64,000 nucleotides of DNA, from NCBI GenBank assembly GCA_030141605.1, contig JAQGDQ010000087.1, positions 434,001 through 498,000 on the forward strand, read 5' to 3'. Numbering within the stretch: position 1 is the stretch's first letter; each line of letters opens with the position of its first letter. Under the pieces are notes generated by a model. It had not been told where the DNA came from. It ran no database searches and was given only the letters and a program-made list of their open reading frames with translations. Positions 1-39,743 of the stretch are shown here, in pieces. The DNA is from Tubiluchus corallicola (taxonomy: Eukaryota; Animalia; Priapulida). The position numbers and the translations under genes were made by a program.

Positions 1-120
1 CAAGTGTACTAATTGTTTTGAGAATTATGTGTGATGTTACTGACCTTGTATTCCATTATATTGAGGTATTCCTAATTATAACTATAAAATAGTTAAACTT
101 TTTGGCGAAATTCACTTTAA

Positions 121-600
121 AGGAAAAATTCGTACCATACGCCATTTTGAAGTATGACAAGACGTATATATTTTATGATCTACAGTATAAGAATGCCAAA
201 GCATTTCTTCTAATTAAATAATAAATTTAAATTTTAATTAATGTCATCGACATTAACTAGAGATGACATCACCGCTGAACACAATTTTCAACAGCACTTA
301 CCTTCGGTGAGCATGTTGCGCCTGTTTGGGAAAGCAAAAATTGAACTACAGTGCTACTGTACAACATTCAGTGTGATATACAAAAAAGTTTAAAACTGAT
401 ATTTCAAGTTTGCCTTGTATGATTTTGAATTTGTGAACGTGTGCACTACATCACAAATGAACACTTCTGAACTGAGAGGTACAACATCTGCTTTTCTTTC
501 AACTCGTTTCCGAGATACAAGCGCTAGTGCCTGTTTCAAACATAGAACTGAAAACAGTAGCGCATGCGTATTGTTTCCAAAACTGTCTACATTGGCACAT
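121..600 (+). mobile_element. Partial copy of TTAA-flanked non-autonomous DNA element (family A)
   Basis: Starts TTAA|AGGAAAA and shares internal blocks (aatgccaaagcatttct..aattaaataata; tacagtgctactgt; tctgaactgagaggtac) with copies at 3757, 44368 and 46754; right end approximate. Confidence 0.65.
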
Positions 601-1814
601 TTGATAAAATATTATTACTGTACTTACATGTGTAGAAACTAGTAATTACAATTTTTTATTTTAACAAACAATAAACACCAGGGAAATATTAAGCACACGA
701 AATTAGCTGGAATTAACAGTTCTGTTGTGAATGTTCATCGTTTTGTTTGCATTGTAATCAATCAACTTATTAAGACACTGGCAGCTTGCTGACCTCTTGT
801 TATTAGCTTATTAAATTACCTGTAACAGTGCCTGGATATGGACCCGCATGTTTGCCTGCTAAATTAACAAGCGGTTGTATAAGAAGCCTGTGTATAATTG
901 CATGATGCGTTACAGCTAGGCAAGTATGAAGTAGCTTGTAAAATGTAAATTTCTATAACCCGTATCTCCGCCATAGAATTTATAAATCATGCAGATGAGT
1001 CAGAAAATAGCAGCACCACATATGATGCGTGCTGGTAAAAATTTAATTAATTATGCTTATTATATGATATTTGAATTCATATCTGACTCGAAATCATTTT
1101 ATCTTCATTACAGTAAAAGCAATCCTTTGCATTTGAAAAACTGAAAACGTTTAAATACAACGTAAAAAATCTCGTCATTTTTAATTGAAACTGTTTCGGA
1201 GCTGGCAGAGCTTTATTTAATGTGTTTGAATTTACAATGGTATTTGCACTGTCAATTATAATACACTTTAAACGTGGTGGGCAAACAAAATTTAATTTAC
1301 TGTGCAAATTTGGGATAGATTCGTATTTTGGTAACACACTGATTATCAAATACGTCATCACACAAATAATTTAGTTGGCTTGCTTAGAGTGCTTAGATTA
1401 GCTTGTTGTGTATGGTGGTAAAATAGCTGTAAGTTTGAAGATAACACTGTTTGAAAATTTTGCGAAAGTCACGCAAAATAATTTTCTCATAATTAAAATT
1501 ACATTGTGCTGATATAGTTATCATAATCAATAATGCGCGCTCATTCCGCAATGTTGTTTCTCTGCTTTACCCCTTCAAGGGTTCTGCACTTGTGTGGCAT
1601 ATCATTAATCTATAAAGCTAAATAGGCTTTAATTTAGGCCAAATAAACATCAGCTGGACATGAAATAAGCTACTGGACCATTACTGATGTATTCTTGGTC
1701 TCTTAAGGTAAGGAGTATAACTTTATTGAAAACAGAGGATGGCTTCCTCGGTGATCCTTGTTCGAAAAAAATACCAGTAGTGACAATTGAATGATCAAAT
1801 CGGGACGTTTTGCA

Positions 1815-2104
1815 TTGGACGCTTGCTAAATTGACTGTCTTGTCGACATGTTGGACGCTTGCTAAATTGACTGTCTTGTCGACATGTTGGACGCTTGCTA
1901 AATTGACTGTCTTGTCGACATGTTGGACGCTTGCTAAATTGACTGTCTTGTCGACATGTTGGACGCTTGCTGAATTGACTGTCTTGTCGACATGTTGGAC
2001 GCTTGCTGAATTGACTGTCTTGTCGACATGTTGGACGCTTGCTAAATTGACTGTCTTGTCGACATGTTGGACGCTTGCTAAATTGACTGTCCTGTCGACA
2101 TGTT
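1815..2104. repeat. Minisatellite, 36-bp unit x8 (TTGGACGCTTGCTAAATTGACTGTCTTGTCGACATG)
   Basis: Near-identical head-to-tail units with no spacers; explains ORF 1810..2142. Confidence 0.95.
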
Positions 2105-2340
2105 ACAATTCACTTGGTGCAGTCTTACTGATCGATGGTTGAACTAATTTAGTTGTACAATTGTAGTAGCTGAAATTACGGTTTTTTACCTGAAGCAAAA
2201 TGACTTCAAAATTGATAGTGTAGTTTATATTGTTCCAGAAAATTTTATTTGTCATAGTATTTACCAGATATCTTGGAACTTTCGTACCATTACACAATAC
2301 TCGGGTCATAATTATATGCGTGGTCCTTCAAATTTTAGTA

Positions 2341-2434
2341 AAGTTTACCTGACTAAAATCACGCATGTGCATAAGTTTACCTGACTTAAATCACCCATGT
2401 GCATAAGTTTACCTGACTAAAATCACGCGTGTGC
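2341..2434. repeat. Minisatellite, 32-bp unit x3 (AAGTTTACCTGACTAAAATCACGCATGTGCAT)
   Basis: Units start at 2341, 2373, 2405. Confidence 0.9.
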
Positions 2435-2859
2435 GTCATTCACCTGCAGCTCAATCATTTTTTTTAACGTTTCAATGAACACTGTTGCATTTGTATCTTT
2501 GTCATGAGAACTTTCTTTGATTAATCGTACGTAATGACTGCCATCGTAAAGACAGTAGCTTCGTGTATACTTGTCCAACTACAAATGTGCGTGTGGTCAT
2601 ACCACTCAAGTCAATTCCAGTCTTTAGAAAGCTGTGGGCAAAAACGAACTAGATTAGCAGCCATGTAACAGCAGCCGTCATGCAGCTAGAATTGCTTGAT
2701 TCGTGATGGGCAAACTAAATAGCCGCTTGAAACGCAATTGTACCAATACACTAGAGAATTGCTGTTTACAAGTATCTCATTTCAAGTGGCTATTAGTGCT
2801 ATCTGGTGCTCCATTGTAATTTCGTAGTGGATTTTACGAAATTTCTATTAACTGTGCAT

Positions 2860-3269
2860 CAGGGTTGCCACGGTCATAGAAAATCCTTGAAAATGCAGGC
2901 TATCCTGGAAAGTCATGGAAAAGTCAGGGAAAAAGATAATTTGGCAAGAAGACTTGGAAAATGATGAAAATGGGGGAAAAGTCAGGAAAATTGAAAAGGG
3001 TTACAAAAATAATCACCCTGAACCGATAATTTTCTAAACAAGTAAAATTTTGCTATGGCAGGCTCCAGGTTTCGATTTCTCTTCTAAAAATAATGATTGG
3101 CCGAGACATATATCAGTATATGTATGGATGTCCATACACATAAATGTTTGAATATGTATAATGGTAATGCAATATCTGCTTATCTTGGTAATGGAAAATC
3201 AATATTTGGTTAGCGAAAAGTCATGGAAAAGTCAGGGAATTTTCTTTTTAAAATTCTGTGGGAACCATG
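2860..3269. mobile_element. Non-autonomous DNA transposon (MITE, hAT-like termini)
   Basis: Imperfect TIR CAGGGTTGCCAC / GTGGGAACCATG with subterminal GGAAAAGTCAGGGAA repeats at both ends; no clear TSD. Confidence 0.6.
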
Positions 3270-3756
3270 TATGCTGTATTGCATTGCTCTACCCTGCTTT
3301 GCCCTAATACTCCTGGTTTTCTGCCCGTTTTTAACAAGTTGTTTAGCGACCTTACGACTTACGAGTATTGGTTAGGCAGTATTTTTAGACACTTTGCATT
3401 GAACATGGGAACAAATTTTTTTCTAGAAATTGAACAAATTTTATATCTTTGGACATTTGAGGAGTGGTACCTTGTGTGAGCAATATTATCCATTTTGAAT
3501 TAAGTACAAACTACAAACATACGATTAAAACGGGACATAAATTAAAGCAATCCGTGTAACGATTTATTAAAATTGGGGTGAATAGCTTCTCGGAGAAATG
3601 CAGTTATGTTTTGTGCAAATACCTCAAGATGCTCTTCAGGACAGTAGTCAACATAGATTAACACAGATTTTAATAAATTGTTACCATAATGTACTATATT
3701 CATATTTAATGAGCAACTATAGTGTATGTTGAAATTTTAGCTACTTTAGAGCCTAA

Positions 3757-4449
3757 AGGAAGACAGGATGATTAAACATATACTACCCCATTTTCAAGTC
3801 CGACAAAAAAGTATACATTCTAATGCTGCAAAAGCGTTTCTGATAGTTAAATAATAGATAAAAACTTATCACCATTAATACTGCAAAAGCGTTTCTGATA
3901 GTTAAATAATAGATAAAAACTTATCACCAATAATACTGAAAAAGCGTTTCTGATAATTAAATAATAGAATTAACGAGCCCAACTATTGATGACATAGCAA
4001 ACTAACACAATCTTCAACAGCAAAAATATTCCACGAGCTTGTTGCACGTGTATGGGAAACAGAAAATTCAAGTACAGTGCTACTGTAAGCGATTCAGTGT
4101 GTTGTACTAAAACTTTGCAAGTTTTAAGATAAAATTTCAAATTTACCACTGTGATCATTCATGAGCTATCGAACGTGTATAGTTCGTCACAAACTAGCAC
4201 ATCTGAACTGAGAGGTACTGCACCTGTTTTTTGTGCAATGTGTTTCCGAAATGCGGTGGGTGTCCGTCTAACTAGCGAATGCCGAAATTTGTGTAACAGC
4301 GAAGAACGAGTGGCACGAACGCGAAATTGCGTTTGGGTGGTAATAATTCTTTCTCCCGTCGTTTTTGGAAAAATAGTATGTTTCGTTTCAATATTTTAAA
4401 GAGTAGATTTTGTTTTGACCTACAGTTTAAGATTGCGTTCGATTTTGCT
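3757..4449 (+). mobile_element. Family A non-autonomous DNA element with internal 55-bp tandem triplication (3821-3968)
   Basis: Collinear similarity to 44368-44975 and 46754-47109; degraded termini AGGAAGACAGG ... TCGATTTTGCT. Confidence 0.7.
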
Positions 4450-5291
4450 GTAAATGACATATTGTAGATGAAAAAGTTTTCAAATGCTATCATCGTCATA
4501 TCCCCATTCTCTTTTCTCTTCTCCTTACAAAACGTTATTCATTCAGTATGAATTGTTCCCAAGACGTTATTGCAACATCTCCCATGAATTTCTAAACTGT
4601 TGCCATTAATAATAGTTTGTCTGTTTTACTAGCTTGCGAGACGAGCACTTGTCGGGTGTAATATCGGCTGTAAGTTAATTCAAGTAAGGCTGCTGATTCT
4701 TGTGGCAAATCCAATTTAATCCGATCTATAGAGACTGATCCATTTTCTATTACTGGACGAGAAACATACGGCTGATCTATGATTTCCTATTCAGTAGCAT
4801 GTGTGCCGACGCCATACAAATTTCGCTGAGTGCAGCATGGCTGGTGATGACTTTTCAAATTAGATCAGACCGACTGGTATTAAATTTATTGGAAATCGCA
4901 TTGAAATTTAGTATTTATTCTACTGGCTTTCCCATTGCTTGTAGACATCATTACTGAAGTTGCAGTGTTTGTCACCTGTCCGTGAACTCCATCTAGCTGC
5001 AGCAATATTATTAAATAACCGGCATTTGGTAATAGTATGCGTGCATGCAATGTAGTGATAACCTTTAAAACCCAGTTACCTACTGCGCTCAGACAAGCGC
5101 TAATGCTCTCCATTTCCTTCCTAGTGGATCAGGTAGCTCTTATGGAGCTACATCCTATGTGTCCTGAAAGTGTAGTTGTTTGGGCTTCCCTCTGGTCATC
5201 TGGTGCATATATTTCATCGTCAGCATTGTCGACTCGTCATCGTCATCATTAGATGAGAAAGTAGTTACGTAGTCACAATGCGTGCTTAGCG

Positions 5292-5340
5292 ACTGAAGTT
5301 AAGCAACGTGGACCTGGTCAGTAAATTGATGGATGTTCAC
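5292..5340 (+). mobile_element. 5S-rRNA-derived SINE fragment
   Basis: ACTGAAGTTAAGCAACGTGGACCTGGTCAGTAAATTGATGGATG aligns by eye to the internal control region of invertebrate 5S rRNA (ACCGAAGTTAAGCAACGT...CCGGTTAGTACTTGGATGGGTGACC); the 5' and 3' parts of 5S are absent. Confidence 0.55.
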
Positions 5341-8300
5341 GTGGAAAACTGCTTCTGGTTAGTTTCGTCTATTATACTGCCTCATTAGAGAGGATGTACA
5401 GGAACGTTGCTAAGACACCTCTGATGATTTTATTGGTATTATTTTGATGTTACCATTGCACTTATGTATTTTCACCAGATTTAATTATCACGTTGATTAT
5501 CACATTTCCTCCTGGTCTAACATTAATTGAGCAAGTTTGAAACTATGTAACGGTTACGTCTAGCTAATTAATGCAAAGTACTTCACCATTACAAACGTTT
5601 GTATGGCTGCCTTGAGCCTATTTTAACGAGAAATCTAATTCTATATTTGTTCGAAGGGAGTTGGAGATCAAACACTGCTGCCGCTAATGGACGGATTTTG
5701 CAATGGAAATTTAAACCAACTTGTCTCTTCTTGTTGGCTTTCAACTTCTCCGTGGATTTCATATCATATTTGTGTAACTCTAGCTGTTTTTTCAACTGTG
5801 AGATATTTTATTGCACACAACGTGAAAGGAGAGAAATGACGCCTTTTGCTGTCAGAGATAGATGTAATAAAAGTATTGAACCGGGTATTACTGAATACTG
5901 TTAATAGTTGAAATGTTTGCTCTACCCCTGACCACCTCTTTTACAAAGGAAGTATAGTACAGCTGAGTAAGTTCATGTTATGGTGGATGAGTTCATTGTT
6001 GTTACAAAGTCATGTTTTAGACATTTTCAGTGAAAGATGATCTGCAAAATTTAAAGATGAAGGGTGCTTGTAAAATACATGAATACCTCCTCAGCTGTGA
6101 CAGTCATGTTCTTGCATCATTGTAGTTTGCACAATTTCAATTCCCTTGGTTTTTGCTTTTTGGATTTTCAGAAAAAACTTAGTTTCATTTATACTTTTAT
6201 CATCATTGTGAGTGTCAAAATAGTTCATGATTGTCTGTACATGTTATAATTATGATATTTCTTGTCTGTTAAATCTTCATTGCTATGATTATCAAAGCAA
6301 CGTTTATCTATTGTTTCCGTATCTTCCTAGTACTTTTATCATTGTCATTGTTATTGATTCTTTACTTATATTGTAACTGGGACAGTGTTTTTGTTTATTT
6401 GTTTCTTTATCAAATTGTATCTGTGTTTCAATCAAATTATGTCTGTAGTTTCACCGCCATCATGATAATCCAAACTTATTTATTGCTAGAGCTTCTTAAT
6501 AATTATCCAAACAATGCTTGCTATTGTTTCGTTTTCGTCATGGTCATACAAACAGTAATTCTCTATTGCTTCATCATCATTATATGGACAATGCTTGCTA
6601 TTGTTTTGTCATCACAATGAGCAACAAGGCTTTGTTTTTCTATTAGGATATCTTGTCTGAACAGAATTTTCCGCAGAACCGTCATTGGTTAAATATTTCG
6701 CTTTTTATCATCCATGCAGTCATTACGTCTGACAAACATAATCAAAGATAATCACCATCTCTTCAGTCACTTTCGTTGGCCGTAATTTAATATGTCTTCG
6801 CTGACGCCACATATTGCTTTGTGTTGTTGACACAGTCTAGACAAAGCACGTCAGTTTGTCAAAATAGTGTTATAGGCAATTATTATACAGAGAAAGCAAT
6901 TCTATGCTGTTATGCCTAAAGACGTGATTTTGGTAGAATTATCTGTGTTGTTCTGTTAATTAGTAAGCGGAAAATACAATGCTATCATGACAGTTATTTT
7001 AAGCTTCAAGGAGATTTTCTGGTCGAGAACAATTTTCATTAGATACTAGCTTGCAAACGTACTATTTTTATTTTGTTTTATCTGTGAGATTACACACAAC
7101 ATGCTGTTAAAATTTATGTGCAATTCAGTCCTTTTTAGATTTGGCGTTAAGTGCGTAACTGAGTATTTTATAGTTTTGACAGCACTATACATGCCTGTCA
7201 GCACCGTTTATAAAGGTTAGATAACAACTGCAGAAGAGTTGATTCAATTCAAGAAACAAAAATGCCCAAATTCATAGTACACTACATAAGACAAAATGAG
7301 AAATATCACAATACTTAAAACTGTTTAAGAGACAGTACCATTTAAAAACATAATGATATTCAAAATTCATGTAAGATTTTAAAACACCTGTTAAAAAGAT
7401 ATGTTTTGGATATACGTACTCTTTACAATTATTTCATAATGCTGACATCTTGACCATTGTTACACATCATTTATTTATTTATTTCATTTTAAAAACTGTC
7501 TAATATTAGGAATAATTCTATGAGGACATGATGACCGTGCATAAAACAAGATCTCGCCAAGCACAACTTTTTCGCGTTTTTGTGGCTTAAGTGCTTTTAT
7601 CGTGCAGTTAGTTGTTTTGATGGCAGAAGAATTATATAGTTCTTTCGTAACACGTTGGTGATGTAATTGCTGATCTAATCACGTGCTATTAAACTGAATG
7701 GACTACTCTAAATGTAAATGTAATCATTCGAGCAATATTGCGGCGCCGCGTTGAATTTAAAAACGGCTTTAGAGCATCTTGAGACGAAGGCTACACTAAA
7801 GCCATTGCTCCAGAAGCCCGAGCAGTTTTTAATAAAACGCGCGCTGTGCAAAAACTTGCTCTATTGTGGCTCTCCAGTTAATCAAACATTCTAAACTTGA
7901 GCACCAGTCAAGAAGAAGCCATTTAGTTTGGATAAAGAGAGATAAAGTTTACTCAAAAAATTATATTCAACAATTGACTGTAAAAACACATGTTAGGTCA
8001 CCTTAATCAAGGTCGCCGTTGATAATCAAAAGGTACAAATGTTAAAACTGGACCCTTGGAAAGAAATAAATTAAAAAGAGTGGTGCTCTACAGAGCACAG
8101 ACATCTGTCAAGACCGAAGGGTCCCTAAATAATCAGATACACGCGAGAATTTAATGGGTATTTTTTGTGGTGACCAGTAATAAGTCACAGTTTTGGCTAG
8201 AAAAAAATTCAGCTACTCAAACCAAAATATTCAACTCAGTCACAATTTATTCAAGTACCATAAACTATTTGTTTAAGTACCATAAAGTAATAAAATAAAA

Positions 8301-8723
8301 AATATTTTGAATAAGTTATTAACTGGTAATACATGACTTGTACATATTGATAATGCTGTTTTTATATGAGGGGTAGTGTTAGTGTTATTTATTTTTTGCA
8401 GTGACTTTTTTACCTGTGACAATAACTTAGATTCATTTTTTCACTTCACACCCTCCTCTCCCCCACAAAGTTTCATAGAAACTGATTATGCTGCTAACTA
8501 ATAGACAAACAAGCAACGCGTAAAACGTAATCGCTGTGATAGAGGTATCAAAATAATGAAATTTAAAACTATTAAGTACAGTGCATATTGACATAGAAAT
8601 TATGTGTAAAAAAGTATGGGTACTATAATTAGTTCTCTTTTTTGGTATTGAATGCATATCAGAATTTGAAGAATTTCCATTAAGAATTAACTGTGCAGTT
8701 TTTAAGTTGAGTTGTACTTCTAG

Positions 8724-34326
<25,603 letters not shown>

Positions 34327-37300
34327 AAAGAATTTCATGAAGAGCTATCGGTGTAGCTTGGAACCTTGGTCATTGAACATTGATGTCTCATTTTTTGCTA
34401 GTCATTGGCTTCTGTGTTTTATTTCACATAAAATTTAAGTGTATTAAGCCACAAATAACTTAATAGACTCTTTGTTTATTTTATGATTGTTTTTGTTTAT
34501 TTCCAGTTTCTGATGGTGGATTATCGTAGTTTAACTAATACATTGACAGGTCAATTATTCGTATTTCTTCAACCTCCAGATGTAGTTTTCCATATGCATT
34601 CTTAAAAAATGCAATTCACTCAAATTACTATGACATGATGTGCGGGGAGAAATGGTATAATTTGCTATGATGTAACAATGCCCGCGATGCAATGGAATGT
34701 TTTAGCTTTCACAATAGAGTATTGTGACCATGTACCAATAAATATGCAAGTTGATAAATAACGCCATCCGTCGATAGTGATTTTTGGAAACCCTATCACG
34801 TTGCTTCGTATACCACAAGTATATAGTAATGTATGGTAGTTATTACTATGCATACCATAATATACGCTGCTTTTTTAATTAAGTTGGTTGCTGCATGTTA
34901 GTTGTCAATCTCAGGTGTGAACTAATTATTAAAGATATAATTCTAATTAATCTGTCTGGTTATTGAACATTTTTTAAAGCAGTTTAACAGTGAATTCTAC
35001 ACAGTCTCGTAGCGTGAAAAATTATTAAACGAAACTGTATTAGATGCAGATGCATATTTATATGTGTGTGTGTTGAGCACAATAGTCTTGGACGGCTTGC
35101 AGCTCTTTTATTACTTCGCCTCCCCCATTTACCACCCTGATTCTAAACAATGTTCTTTTGTTTCAAGCTGCTTGATCATGGTAAGCACATTTTTGTGCCG
35201 TGGAATCATTTGATGCAGAGCAAATGCTATGCATGATAAATGCTCATTTAATCTAGTCGTAGAGAAACTGACTTTAATATAAGCCTCCTTCACTGTCTTT
35301 TGGAATTTGTGTCATTCCTTGGACCAATTAAGATTTTTTACATTATTATTTCAAAGTCCAGTCTAATTTTAATTGTCATTTATTGAAAAAGTGATTGTGT
35401 GAAAGAAATTTGCTCCGCATTCCACAAAACAAGAGATGAGGCGGCTTTTTGACGCTACGCATTTTCATCAAGAAATAACAACAAAATGGCATTTTAATTA
35501 TTCGACTTCATTAGCGCACTATTAGTAATGTTATTTTTACAGACTTTAGCGCTTTTTTTCTGTTACTTTAACTAATTTATTAGGCATTTTTCTGTTTTTA
35601 TTATGTTGTGATATTATGGTTGTGTTTTTAGCTAGAGTACTCACTCAATGCAAGATTATTTTGAGATATTTAACACAAAAATTCACCCTATTGTCTGCAA
35701 CCAGATTGTTATGTTACTATTGTTATTATTACTATTTTTACAGTAACTAATAATAGTTAGACATGTATTTTAAATCTTTTGCAATTATAAATTTTTATTG
35801 GAAACCGCACAATAGATTTCTTTAAATTGTTCGTTACACTGGGCTTGTTGCAGGATTTTTATTTTTAAGTGTCGTATCTCAACCGAAAATCTCTTTCATA
35901 TTATCAAAAGAGCAAATTTTTAACATAGATTTTCTTATCTTTTGAAACAAAGGTACTCCTGTCTCAATGATCAATATGAGTATGAAATTTGTTGAACCTA
36001 ATCTCTGCTGAATTTGTTTCTTCACCAGCTGTCAAGCTACTCGTATTTTGGGTAGATTGAAAATAATAATATGGTATGTTTTGTAATGTTTTCTTAGCGA
36101 TACAAAAATGCCTTGAGTATGTGTATATGAATCTGTTATGTATTCGATACATTTTATAACCGTCCTGCTAAACATAACGTATAGTTTCTTATAATGGATG
36201 TGAAGTAATGAATATGTATCTAACTATACCATGTAATGTATTAGTACAGGCCCTTGTGTATGCCAGCTCGATTTTTGTGCCAAAATTATTTTTTGTTGCC
36301 AATTTTGTCAATATTGGGGTGCTGAATTCAAAAATGATAGGTGCTATTTTTTTTCACGAGCATCTTCGACTATTGTCTTGGTTTTCAAAATGACCGCCGC
36401 AATCATTTAATAGTTAAAATTGTCCTATTTTTGACATTTTCACCCCTATCACGTGATTTACCCACACCCACTTTTTGAACGTACTTAGTGCGCATTTACC
36501 ACCGCCATACATCCAGACTTGTGAAAAAATTGAACTTAGCTCAATACCTTTAGAGAAGTTGAGCAACAAGCTCAATTTTGTTAGTGGCTGCCATTTCGAA
36601 ATCCAAGATGGCAACTGAACATGCACATGAAAAAAATGGCGCCTGTCAGTTTTGACAAACTGGCTGCAAAAAAACACTAGCGCAAAAGCCGAGCTAGTCC
36701 CAAATTTCTGACGTAGCGCACTGTACTATATTGTCTATTTTTTTCAGTAAAAACAATGTGCTTTTAGAAAATTTGCTTAGCAAATCACTAAGATGGTATT
36801 TTGTCTGTAGCACCTAGTGATAGCTTTTCTATTTCTTCATATTTTCGTTTATGAAAATGATTACGATGTACCACAATCATCCATGCCTATGAAAAATGGT
36901 TTCTAGACACAAGCCGATGGGACCTCTATATTTTTTCTTGCCATGAGTTGGTGGTTGTAGAAAGTCTCTTTCAGTTTTACTCTGTTGTCTATGATCTGTT
37001 GTTATAACTTATTAGTCACTTTGCTGGAAAGGAACATCATTTTAAATACGTTTGCCAACATGAATTGTTTGTTTGATGGTCAGTAGTGTGCTTTTGACCT
37101 CTGTGAATGCCAAGAAAGACATATTCAACAAACTAATCCTAACCATGGGTATTTTTGGTACGTAAGCTGACCGAATTTGCTTGGGATGAAAAGAGAGGTT
37201 TTTAAAAAGAATAATTTTGTATCTAAAGGTGTTTTTGACTTTGTGGTAGTAGACCTCTTTGAGATTGAAGACTGAAGATACATTTGATATTTACCGTAAA

Positions 37301-38662
37301 AGGTCATTGTTGGAATGGTAGGATCGCATTATTGTACTGTTTACTGTTTAGGTTGTAAAGTGATCCAGGCATGAGTCTGAACGCTGTGTATGTCCAAACT
37401 TCTTAACTTGGTTATGTGGATCATTTTGTGATGTATAAACGTGTAATTCAAAAGTGTAAGTGTGTTTTAATCACCCTAGACTGTCTTTTAATAAAGGATC
37501 GTATTAAATGAGCTTAGAGAAGATTGTATATAAACAGAGGTGTTGATAGTTATGCATGCCTCATTTTGAGGCGTGGTGAGTGAAGGCATTGGTGATTGAT
37601 ATAATCCATAATCCAGAGATCCGGGTATTAGCATAAATGTTATTTGCCCCTTCCACTATACTGAGTTAGCTAAAACTGAAATTTTAAATATAGTGGCACC
37701 ACCACAGATAGAGGACGGTCATGCCATCAAAGCATTTTGCTCCCATTGATCGTACCTATTAAATAGTTTAGCTGTAACAGATTACATTAACTGACGCAAG
37801 CCATAAATTGTGTATACATCCGTCCATTTGCTTGTTGATTAATTTTCGTGTTGTATATTAATATGCTTGTTTATTTAATTAATTTGCTCGTGCTTGTCAG
37901 GGAAATTGTTTGGAAAAGTTTCAGCCAAAGATTTATCATAAATGTTGATTTGTGTTGTGATAATTGAAATTAATAGAGTAATCAGTAAGTGATAATTTGT
38001 AGTAATTGTTGCTCGCGTGTTGGGTTAATTGATTTTTCTCATGTTAATTTGGGATAAGTTATGCAACCAGCTGTTGTAGCTTTTCAAGTTAACCATAGTT
38101 TTTTGACATGCTGCTGTTAATTGATGTTGTTGCCATAATTCGCTATTACTCCACGTCACAACTTAAGAAAACCCTCAATGCCTTCTAACTAAATTACAGT
38201 AATACCAAAATCGAATTATCAGTCAGTGTTTTGGCCGACAGATTTTTTCGAGGTGCATTAAAAAGTCGATTTCTGTAAAATCAGCTATCAGTTCTAATGT
38301 ATTTGTAAGTCATAAAGTTACATAACAGAATTTATTTTACGAAAGTCAGGCACATTTTCGTGGACTTTATTACTTTTTTCTGTTCCACGAAGATTTTCCA
38401 CTTTCAAATAATGGCTGCGTGGTATGACAGAGTTTTGCCCACTTTTAGTAGTTTCAGTGATAATGCCAGCACATTAACTAAAATTTAACTTTTATTGCCA
38501 GATATCAGAATATTGTTATAGAAACGATGTCAACGTTTGCTATTTTGATTCTGATATAAAAATAACAACATAATTTAGACATTTACTTGTGTAAAGTATT
38601 AGAAAATAACATCATTCCTGCTATTATAATTTTGTTGTGTTATAAATGTGTATGTATGTATT

Positions 38663-38668
38663 AATAAA
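38663..38668 (+). promoter_or_regulatory. Candidate distal polyadenylation signal (AATAAA) of the tubby gene
   Basis: AATAAA at the end of a ~4.3-kb T-rich (+ strand) tract following the stop, followed by TG/T-rich sequence. Other AATAAA hexamers exist, e.g. 34322 overlapping the stop, so the site used is uncertain. Confidence 0.4.
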
Positions 38669-38850
38669 CTGTGTATTCTGGATAAATTTGCTGATAAATT
38701 GATATTTTCTTTAACAGGTAAAAGCGTGGTCTACTTAATATATGATCCTTGTGGCAGGACTGATACTTGCTAATCAAGTATGAGACATTCAATCGGTATG
38801 TCTTCGCCCAGATTCGTAGGTGTTAAAAAGCTGGGGGCAATACGAAAGCA

Positions 38851-39635
38851 CCCAAAGCCAGTTTCATGGCGGGTCACACACGTTTACCGACATTTGGTCA
38901 CTAATCACACACTGTGATCACTGTATTCCGTCACTCACTGATTGCTCGATCACTAGTCAAATGCTTAAAAAAGTTTGTATGTCTTACCCAAAGCCAGTTT
39001 CATGGCGGGTCACACACATTTACCGACATTTGGTCACTAATCACACACTGTGATCACTGTATTCCCTCACTCACTGATTGCTCGATCACTAGTCAAATGC
39101 TTAAGAAAAGTTTGTATGTCTTACCCAGAGCCAGTTTCATGGCGGGTCACACACGTTTACCAACATTTGGTCACTAATCACATTGTGATCACAGTATTCC
39201 TCCACTGATTGCTCTATCACTAGTCAAATGCTTAAGAAAAGCTTGCAGGTCTTACCCATCGCCAGTTTCATGGCGGGTCACACACGTTTACCAACATTTG
39301 GTCACTAATCACACACTGTGATCACAGTATTCCTCCACTGATTGCTCGATCACTAGTCAAATGTTTAAGAAAACTTGTAGGCCTGACCCAGAGCTAGTTT
39401 CATGGCGGGTCACACACGTTTAACAACGTTTGGTCAATAATCGCACACTGTGATCAACAGTATTCCCTCAGTGACTTCTCGATCACTAGTCAAAGGCTTA
39501 AGAAAAGTTTGTAGGTCTTACCCAGAACCAGTTTCATGGCGGATCACACACGTTTAACAACATTTGGTCACTAATTGCACACTGTGATCACAGTATTCCC
39601 TCACTGATTTCTCGATCACTAGTCAAATGCTTAAA
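38851..39635. repeat. Tandem array, 131-137-bp unit x~6, between the two convergent genes
   Basis: Units start at 38851, 38987, 39124, 39255, 39387, 39521. Confidence 0.93.
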
Positions 39636-39737
39636 AGAGTAGGCCTTTATGTTCAAGTTGCAATTAGCATTTTCTCCTAGGAAGTAATGCACAAACATAC
39701 ACAACAAATTTTCTTACTACACATGATAACAAGTCAA

Positions 39738-39743
39738 TTTATT
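39738..39743 (-). promoter_or_regulatory. Candidate polyadenylation signal (AATAAA) of HIF-alpha, implying a ~2.9-kb 3' UTR
   Basis: TTTATT on + strand; followed on the minus strand by a GU/U-rich element (ttgttgtgtgtatgtttgtg); marks the end of the A-rich (+ strand) tract running from the stop codon. Confidence 0.5.

Noticed and set aside
1815-2104. 36-bp repeats with an internal palindrome (TGTCGACA) that look CRISPR-like; ORF 1810..2142
   Set aside because: Units are head-to-tail with no unique spacers, no cas genes, eukaryotic context; the ORF is only the translated repeat.
5292-5340. 5S rRNA gene here or at 52467-52517
   Set aside because: Only the internal ~50 nt match, with substitutions; 5' and 3' stems are missing, so reported as SINE fragments instead.
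1-8700. Upstream tubby exons (start codon, Q/K-rich IFT-A-binding helix)
   Set aside because: No matching exon found by eye; presumed upstream of the window.
36242-36728. Possible DNA element in the tubby 3' region bounded by TAGTACAG / CTGTACTA
   Set aside because: Only an 8-bp inverted match, no clear TSD and no second copy in the window.
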